From Eledone cirrhosa (lineage: Eukaryota): a stretch of 64,000 nt of DNA. Below are positions 55,376 through 64,000 of the stretch, one piece after another. The position numbers were made by a program, and so were the translations under genes. Under the pieces are notes generated by a model. The model did no database searches. It worked only from the letters and a program-made list of their open reading frames with translations, and had not been told where the DNA came from. The stretch's first letter is position 1; the number at the start of each line of letters is the position of its first letter. The DNA is taken from the NCBI GenBank assembly GCA_964016885.1, contig OZ024740.1:334056001-334120000 (forward strand). Direction: 5' to 3'.

Positions 55376-57506
55376 CTAAATATGCATTTAAAAAACAGAA
55401 GGCTGAACTAATATTAACACATTAAATTTTAATTTAATATATTACCTCGTATTTTTTTACATTAATTTGTTTTGTTTCATTAAAATACGTTCAATAAATA
55501 AAATTAACTTGAATGTTAGACTGTAATCGCTCCCCTTTGAATTGGAATATCAAAATACACGAGTTGTGCGTGTAATTTTGATCTCACATTTTGATTTGTT
55601 ATCACATTATCTATGGATATAAAATAGCCTTCGCATTAAAACGTAGGCAAGATCGTGCACAATCTATTTATTAATCTATTATTATGATTTATAATACAAA
55701 TGCATGGTTAGTTACCAATGATTATCGATGTGGTAACATGCATGTGTTTAAGTGTATCTCTTTTAGGACATGCACAGGTGTGTTTGTCTGTATGTGTTGC
55801 TGTGTGTGTTTGTGAGCGTATGCATATAAGTATAATAAATAATATTTTCGGATACTTAAAATGTGGATTTCCCACAGTATAGTGACCTGTGTACTCATCC
55901 TTAAGTCATTCCTTTCCTCCACTGACGCTTTTGTCAGCTCAAATGAGGTGAAGAGAATTGCATATTTCCTCCGTGTTTTAATTTTAATTATTGTTTAAAC
56001 TTTGCCGTATACTTATCATTTTTTTACTAACTTTATATTTCATTTTTATCAATTTTCTGTTACCTTATTATTTCTTATTTCAATTTTAATTATTTCCAGT
56101 TTTCAGAAAGTAGATCTCACATGTGATGAAACGCCACTTTATGAAGAAGAAAAAGACGGCACATGTTTATGAAATTAATTCAATTTAAGCGTGTAATAAT
56201 TTTTCATGTACAGTGTGGAAATATATATTAACCCTCTCTTTTGTGAGATGAAAAAGATTCATCAGATTATATATGATACGAAAGTTAATCATTTTCTACT
56301 GTCATACAGAATTATAATTTGCATTTCGTCATTATTCATCGATTCAAACATCAATTGCACGCTTATCATGTATATTTACCCTTACCTCCGTATATAAAAA
56401 TATGCTTAATATCGAAGCTCATCTCTATCCGATATTAATTAATAAGCTTCCTCCTCCTAATATATTAGGAACGACTGCTCACGATCATCGAAAATGCAGT
56501 TATTACTACAACATTCCTTATTAATCAAGTAGTATATAGATGTCCGTTACTAGTACAAAGAACACCACACTTGAATAATTGTATGAGGTGAAATGAAAGT
56601 TCACCATGAGATATCTAATCGTATTTTGTCAACTTTTAATAGAAGAAAATGCCGTTGCTTCAGTCCATTTAACATTTCCTGGAACGAATTGTACTCGAGC
56701 GCCCATTATATTTCAATGTTATTTCAATGAAAACATTCATAAAATTTGTTATTACATTTTTATGAACATTCAAATACATGAAATCGAATATCTCACGGGT
56801 TGAATTATCTTAGCCATTAAATCACATACATATTAATATTCATTTTAGCTTTTTAATATGCTATATGTTACATTCTTTCAATGTAGATCTTTAACCTAGT
56901 TATTGATATTTAATTTTCATTACATAAATCATTGATGTATCACATTTAAAAAACCAAAAGGAGTCTACCAGATAGCTTCAAAGTATTGAGAACAATATAT
57001 AGCGTATTCTACACTATATGGGGAAACGTATATGAATACATATTTACAATTATATATATGTAAAAAAAAAGTCCGATTATTTTCAAAATGCCGGAACAAT
57101 GCGAGAGGAAAATTGATAAGAATTGATAACAAATGAAAAATATTATCACAAATGAAATAAATTTAACAAATCCTTTACCCTATATGTGTCTACATTGTTT
57201 TGTTTCATTTGTCATCAGTTGCCCTATATATATTCCTATCGCATTGTACCGGCTTTTTGAAATTTATCGGTCCTATATTACGTATTTAAGAATGCTTTGT
57301 ATTAATTACACTATATATATAGATAGATAGATAGATGGACCTATATAGATATAGTTTTATGTAAATGTTTATAGTTGACTACCGAAAGATAAGTGTACTC
57401 AATACGAGAGTGTTGACCATGTTAGAAGCAGGCGACTTTCCAGAGTAATAAGATTCACAGTCTTAATAAAATCATTACATATATATGTACATAAATACAT
57501 ACACAC

Positions 57507-57820
<314 letters not shown>

Positions 57821-59385
57821 AAATATTGCCTTTCTGTGTGTACGCACTTTTAGGTGTATTCGATTTTAAACACATTGAAATATATACTTTTTATATATTA
57901 ATCAGTTTAAGGGGCACTTCCAAAAGACTCTCGGAAGGAATAATTTATTATACTTTGTCGTCGTGTTAAACATCCAAAATATGTGCGTACCGGAAAAGGA
58001 AAGTGATTTTATATGGATGAGAAACGTCGAAAGTTTATTCAAGACCAAACAGCCACTTCAAAGATTAAGGTGAGCTTATTGCGTTGTAACTAGAATCTCT
58101 CAGCTTTCAACAAAAAAACTTTTAATTGTAGGCCATATAATCTGGATTGAGTTTGAATTGATGAAAAATCTAAATGCTGATGAAAGGAATGGAGAAAGTT
58201 ACAATCTATCTCAACACTAATTTATGATGGTTATTATGACCCCTTGTGTCTAAATGTGACAGACATCCGTTGTGGCTAAATGTGACAGACATCCGTGATA
58301 ATGTTATACTTAACCTACAATTCTATTAAGGAATAGTGTAGAATATGTGTGAAATTCTGAGCTGGTGTCGATACAATATAAGTTCAAAATGTATTGCATT
58401 TTATCGTTAAATTTAATTCCTATATTGATAGTGATTTGTGTCCTACAACTTCCGCATATCGGATAGAATGAACAGTTATTGGTTGATGTTCGTCAGATGT
58501 AGTGTCTCATAGTTACCGATATCGTGGTTTAGAAATTATATGTGGAGGCACAAAGCCCTACTAATATATCAAGGCAAAAATCAAGTTTGATATCCAATTA
58601 AATCATATATCGTCAAGGCGGAACATGAGAATCAATCTTCTGAAAATAGCAAAATATATTTCTCAATGTAAACATTTATATCTAATATACGACTCGTTGT
58701 ATAGTTGATAGGAGAAATAGCATTAGCAAGAGCTCCAACGCAGGGAAAAAGCAACAGTTCTCTAATAGAAATACCGAATGCTCACTACGAAACATTGAAA
58801 AAAAATGATATCTACAAAACTAAGATATTTAATGCGCACACAGATTCAATGAATGACATACATAACTGAATGTGAGTATACATTTAATAGAAAGCATGTA
58901 TGGAATAATAACAAACCCACAGCCAAGCGATTGAAAACACCAATAGTACACACAAAAATAAATCTAAAATAATACAAACACAATCCCAACTAACATGCAT
59001 AGATTACAAAAACAAATAGAATAACAACTACCTAGTGACGGGGAAGGCAGACACACGACCTATACCTGCACAGATACACAGAAACAGATGCTAAAGACTG
59101 AACCTCGTAGAAGTAACGTCACACGGATAAACACACAGCACACGCATTCTTCCGTAGACGAGACACAAATCACAAAGTTACAAGATGAGATACATATGAT
59201 AACAAATAGTCATTGAACAGGGAACACAGCGTGTAACGAAAGACCATTGGCTATTAACAATTAAATCATCAAGCGGGTATTAAACAAACTGATGAATAGA
59301 TTAGCTATTAAGTTAATAATAAACTGAATGGAAAATGAACTGGTGCATGTGTTTGTATCGGTAACATCTCCATCCCAAACTACAA

Positions 59386-59511
<126 letters not shown>

Positions 59512-60231
59512 GAGAGAGAGAGAGAGAAAGAGAGATTCATAGAGAGAGCAAGGTGTGTGAGAGAGACTTAAATACGTAGAGATAGGGATATGAGTAGAAA
59601 CAGCTACAAATTATATAAACTTGAAATACAAAATGTGTCAATAGAAATAGAAATATACATTGACGCATGACTACGTACCTGGATATCAAATTGTATACAT
59701 GGACGAATATAAACATTTATGTACAAACATATATATATACGCATATAAACCCATAAATAAAAATAGAAGTATATTAGATATGAATAATTACAGTCAGAGG
59801 GAATTATTATTATTTTCACAAGATTGATTCTTATGTTCTGCATAGTCGATATATTATTTAAATGGATATTAAAAATGAATTTAGTGTCGAAAGTGAATCG
59901 TGTTCATATTCACGGAATGCGCATAAAATATTAAATTGATCGAATGTTGCTGATAATATTTCTGTCGAATCTAATGTTCATTTAATATCCGTTATTTAAA
60001 TATTTTCTGTTACGCAGAATCATGTTATATTTGATTTGCTTCAAAGATATTGCTATAATGAGAAAATAATGTAATTCATGTGACAAGGTAGAAGAAAAGG
60101 AGATGTCACATATTCCGCCAATTAAGAACCCCTACTAAGGAAGTCGAACGGAATAATTGTCATCTCAAGACTACTTTTAAAACAACAGAAGAACACGCGT
60201 TTTTTTTAAAGTTCTTAATATTGATTCTTAC

Positions 60232-60400
60232 TTGGAACTGTGGAAATTTCTATTGAATTAAATAAATAATCGGCCGTAGTTTTACAAGAAATTATTGACA
60301 TGTGTATATGATGCACATTTCAATGATTTCTGGCTCTCTATAGTAAAATAAATTGGCTGCACGTCTTCTTTTCGGCTACACAATGGTCGTAAATATCTAT
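60232..60400 (-). pseudogene. Possible decayed CNBD C-terminal exon
   Basis: Donor CAA|GTAAGA; translation PKRRRAAN...IISCKTTADYYLIQ*KFPQFQ. Confidence 0.3.
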
Positions 60401-61249
60401 AATTATAGATATTCAACCATGATGATGACATATTTTCTAATTTAACATGAACATAGATTCATACAAGGTCGTTTAGATACGGTTACATGTAGTTTCAACA
60501 TGTTGGGTGTGATATACTTTACCACAGTGGCTATTTTTAAAATATTCATAAAAATATGTAGAGATATCACATTACAAAATATGAAAAATTAATAGAAATG
60601 TTTGATAATATATGTCGTGTAACCATAAAGAATCTTGAACACGTTTTGCGTTATATAAATTATATAGTATATGTTTCTTCGAAATTGATATCTATCTGAT
60701 AGCTGTTGTAATGCTTTCACAATAAATGTGAATATATCTAGTATTCTCGTAAATATGGCGTAATGAACATATTAAACAAATTAAATCAGTCGGAATCAAA
60801 TAAAGGATATGGTCTTAATTTCATTGGTTCAAGCAAGATTGCTCAAATAACAAATTAATACAATAAATAGCGTTTATTTACACAAGCATAATAATATAAT
60901 TGCTTGTTATATCCGACAATATATTATCAAGAGCTCGGCCAACATAATTACTAATAATTTTTTTTTTAAATTTTCTCTTTGTTTATATGATCATATCTGT
61001 ACTCCTTTTATAGAAAGTCTCATTCTTGTTCATTATAATCTAATAAATGTTCTGCACCAAAAATCAGGTATAATTGTATTAATCTATATTGGTATATTTT
61101 AGCTAATTTTATATCATTCCTATTTTACATTCAATAATGAATATTTCTAGATATTTAAAATGTTACTTGTTTGAAAGCAAAATATTATATTGATTCTAAT
61201 ATAGGCTCAAGGATAGTGATTTTGACAGATTGTAAGAAACGAATAGCTG

Positions 61250-61380
61250 CATTTTATTTTATGGTACTCTACAACAAAAGGATGGCAGGCAAAATTAGCC
61301 TCGATGGAATTTGAAATCAAAAGGTAAAGAGACGCTACAATTATTTGGTCATTTAATCTGACGTGCCAACGGTTCTACAA
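61250..61380 (-). mobile_element. Old diverged SINE copy
   Basis: AAAGGATGGCAGGCAAAATTAGCCTCGATGGAATTTGAA matches the family core. Confidence 0.6.
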
Positions 61381-61410
61381 GACAACTTCCTTCTAAATAT
61401 TGTTATTAAC

Positions 61411-61605
61411 TTGCTTCAGGCCAACTCAAGAATACTGCCCTTTCATGATTTCCTGCATATTTAAAGAAGGGCAAAACCTTTATCGAAATGATCCAACTTG
61501 CGTAAATACTAGAATAATTAGTGCATTTTCGGGGAAACTTCTAATGGAATTATTCCTAATTCTTCCAAAAATTCTTCAAGAGCAAGAGTAAAACCACTTT
61601 GTGAT
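61411..61605 (-). pseudogene. Possible decayed C-linker exon
   Basis: LEEFLEELGIIPL... (fs) IKVLPFFKYAG resembles LL..LP..L / ..VP.F..A. Confidence 0.35.
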
Positions 61606-62196
61606 TATATATTCTACATTTTTCAAACGATTAAATAGTTGACTAATACGTTGATATTCAGAGGACATAATAAAAGATTAATATATATATTATTTAATAT
61701 CATCAAACTGTTTCGATTTTAAAGATTGCCATTATATTTCTCTGCTTAATTCTGTATATATTTGCATTAATATGTTTGTGCCTGCTTTACCACAGTAATT
61801 TCCTACATTTACGTATTTATGTATTAATAAATATTTTAAACTCTAATCCCTCTTTGCATTTACGTCAGTTTATAATCATACACTACAAACGTTTAATTGT
61901 TATAAATAAAATATACTAGACGGAATCGTAATCTATTGCTATCTTAATTATCTAAATATTTTGAGAGAAACGTAAGATTTAAATTTATAGTCCTCATTAA
62001 AGTGTTTATTTTCCTGATAGTTCTCTTATAGCTATTGATAAATTAGAACATATTTATATGAGTTGATTTAAATCTTAATATTTTTAACACTCAAGTGATT
62101 TTAGATTAGATATGAACAAGATTATATAATTTCGATTTATTCGGAGGATATATATATATATAATATATAATATATATAATATGTATATATATATAC

Positions 62197-62545
<349 letters not shown>

Positions 62546-62596
62546 CATATATATACATATATATATATATATATACATATATAAATAAGTAAATGA

Positions 62597-62695
<99 letters not shown>

Positions 62696-63029
62696 CGTGC
62701 GTGTGTGTGTGTATCCCAAACCCATTGATTAAATTGACGACGGTTAGAAGGATCTCATACATACAGAAATACGTGGCAATAGGTTACCGTATAACGCATT
62801 ATCAAATAATATAATCCAAGGATAGCAATGTTTTCTAGGGAAAATATTTTGCAATCTTTAGATAAGGTCATCTATATCCTGAGTTCAACGATGATCATGA
62901 ATGCCGGTTAACTTAAGATAAATGATTTTATTTTTGTAATTCTTCTTTGAGAGGTTAGTTTGTTCGGGTTTAGAACATTCTCTTGCGGGCTCCAAAATAT
63001 AATTATATTTGATTTTCAGTAACTGACGA

Positions 63030-63400
63030 GGTTTGCTTGTATTACGAGAAGACGTTGTTTGAACTCACTAAATTTTTAAATATTTATCATGCAAAAGTAA
63101 AGAAACCTGTGACCGGAACCTCATAAACCAAATATTTCTGATAGTAGAACACTTGATGAAAGCTTCCCCCAGAAATTATAACAACTAGAACTGAATAACT
63201 GATATTCCTCATTAACTACCGTAATGGATATAGATTAACATTAGAGCAAACGAATATAATAATTATGAGAGACGAAAATTGAATATGAATTTCAAAAATC
63301 GTTGTGGTCATTGGATATTCCCAGATAGAAATTATTTTTACATAGATAAGATAGTAGAAAGGAAAATTAAAACCGATTAAACAGAACATGCAGAATAGAA
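63030..63400 (-). pseudogene. Possible decayed pore/S6 exons of an upstream repeat
   Basis: FYYLIYVKIISIWEYPMTTTIFEIHIQFSSLIIIIF, then GKLSSSV...HRFLY; weak resemblance only. Confidence 0.2.
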
Positions 63401-64000
63401 AATGTTGTTTGAACATACGTAGAAAAGGTTGTTTGAACGGGAATAAAAATCAAGGAAAAGTAACACTGCATTACATGATTCAAGAACCAAGAACTGTATA
63501 CATACTATTGAAATGACACTCAGGCTATGGAAACAGCAATTGAAGAATGCATGTAAATTGTAAAAAATGTTGAGTGTATAATGAGAGAAAAGCGCAAAAA
63601 GTAGGTGTGTTTAATATTTTAATCTCATGATATTTCGATCTGGAACTGGTGGGATTTTACATTGAAATAGTTGAGAAAATGTGCATTTTATCCAGTCATT
63701 GAGTTGTTAGCTAAATATGAATGGAAAGCAACTGAGCTAGCATTGATTAACTGAAATAATGTGAGAAGACCCAAAGAGTGTCCCGGTTGTAGCATAAAAA
63801 GTTCGAACACTCAATTTAGAAATACTCAAATGAACCGGACTGAAAAACTATTCATAATACAGAGTGACTCATGTGTTCAGAATGATTGATAGAATGATAT
63901 AAAAGGAACCTTTGAGTGAAAACCTTAAGAAGACAAACGAGTCGTGGGAATGACTAAACTGATTAGCAGTGAGCTATAAAATGTCTGAATAACAATACAT

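Noticed and set aside
58249-58297. 21 bp tandem duplication CTAAATGTGACAGACATCCGT
   Set aside because: It is an ordinary local duplication with no further structure.

Overview
This is AT-rich, microsatellite-saturated animal DNA. The SINE family and the (TA)n/(CA)n/(GA)n load suggest a coleoid cephalopod such as Octopus (inference). No intact host gene is visible. Three layers can be read. (1) Widely spaced minus-strand exons (about 63.4 kb down to 0.5 kb) keep GT-AG sites but carry stops and frameshifts. Their translations follow the order pore, C-linker, CNBD, S1-S6, C-linker, CNBD, S1/S2, which suggests a decayed multi-repeat cyclic-nucleotide-binding-domain channel gene (CNGK-like; recognised by eye). 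(2) At least nine distinct Penelope-like (PLE) or PLE-derived families sit almost always inside (TA)n tracts, mostly as fold-back insertions. Together they carry about a dozen minimal type I hammerhead ribozyme motifs, including a covarying family and a U3-A8 core variant. The largest are a near-intact 5'-truncated Neptune-type RT + GIY-YIG copy (43.2-46.6 kb) and a 3.4 kb palindrome (4.7-8.1 kb). (3) Other elements are a GC-rich CRE-type non-LTR retrotransposon (PHD-RT-REL, 39.1-42.3 kb), a second CRE fragment, RTE-type LINE fragments, about 8 copies of a tRNA-type SINE and a non-autonomous Helitron. Most entries in the ORF track are translations of microsatellites. All homology calls were made by eye without database searches.
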